Of a stretch of 32,488 bases of DNA, positions 32,303 through 32,488 are shown one piece after another. The first letter of the stretch is position 1; every line of letters starts with the position of its first letter. The DNA comes from an uncultured Candidatus Bathyarchaeia archaeon (lineage in GTDB: Archaea; Thermoproteota; Bathyarchaeia; TCS64), in contig CAZWKG010000002.1 in assembly GCA_964634705.1 (NCBI GenBank), positions 1 to 32,488 on the forward strand. The letters are read 5' to 3'. A program made the translations under genes and the position numbers. Under the pieces are notes generated by a model. It ran no database searches and had not been told where the DNA came from. It saw only the letters and a program-made list of their open reading frames with translations.

Positions 32303-32488
32303 ATGAAGGCTTACGGACCGGTGCCGTCCAGGCGGCTGGGGCAAAGCTTGGGGATAAATCATATTCCTCCAAAGGTATGTTCCTATTCCTGTGTCTACTG
32401 CCAACTGGGAAGAACCATTAAGATGCAATCAGATCGAGGCGAGTTCTATTCCCCTGAGGATATTGTCAAAGATGTGGCAGAGCAGGTC
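32303..32488 (+). CDS. radical SAM protein (N-terminal 62 codons; continues beyond window end)
   Basis: Not in the ORF track because it has no stop. Own translation: MKAYGPVPSRRLGQSLGINHIPPKVCSYSCVYCQLGRTIKMQSDRGEFYSPEDIVKDVAEQV. It contains the CxxxCxxC radical SAM cluster motif (CSYSCVYC). Confidence 0.8.
   Translation, partial: MKAYGPVPSRRLGQSLGINHIPPKVCSYSCVYCQLGRTIKMQSDRGEFYSPEDIVKDVAEQV

Noticed and set aside
1-32488. Scan for tRNA/rRNA genes, CRISPR repeats, transposases, integrases, toxin-antitoxin pairs and known defence genes
   Set aside because: None was recognised by eye: no T-arm/GTTCGAATC-like tRNA signatures, no regularly spaced repeats, and no DDE, tyrosine or serine recombinase motifs in any listed ORF. 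A tRNAscan/Infernal run would be needed to exclude small RNAs formally.

Overview
High-GC (about 60%) archaeal chromosomal segment. It probably comes from a TACK/Thermoproteota-type lineage, based on an eL13 r-protein gene, the PoK/PPS route to CoA, TATA-type promoters close to start codons, many GTG/TTG starts and 4-nt start/stop overlaps. All calls rest on motif recognition by eye; no searches were run.

The left half (1-13.3 kb) is housekeeping:
- NAD salvage (pncB-pncA)
- r-protein genes uL13-uS9-eL13
- a PLP aminotransferase
- the complete archaeal pantoate-to-phosphopantothenate cluster (PoK, panB, panE, PPS)
- thrC
- ilvBNC, preceded by an unusually long leader carrying a tandem repeat

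At 13.33-15.57 kb sits an AT-rich island of about 2.2 kb (roughly 30-35% GC in hand-counted lines, against about 63% in the flanks). It carries a broken GHMP sugar kinase and a GT2 glycosyltransferase, and no mobility genes.

The right half is metal-centred, and the first two items below are the most interesting candidates:
- A same-strand, translationally coupled block (17.2-23.2 kb): Mrp/ApbC, two NifX-like proteins, two MinD-type ATPases with inserted 2x[4Fe-4S] ferredoxin modules, a ZIP permease, a membrane-anchored MBL-fold protein and a DUF4213/DUF364 protein. A decayed DUF364 paralog lies just upstream.
- A non-canonical module at the right edge, fronted by an 18-bp perfect palindrome over its TATA box: CGGC protein, CdhA-type Ni-CODH with all cluster ligands but no adjacent cdhB/C/D/E, a lone group-4 [NiFe] hydrogenase large subunit, and a radical SAM gene truncated by the window end.
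- An SQR-like flavoprotein with a DUF1641 partner.
- A second ZIP permease.

No tRNA, rRNA, CRISPR array, transposase or integrase was recognised. Two genes cut by the window edges (pncB, radical SAM) and three gene relics are absent from the supplied ORF track.
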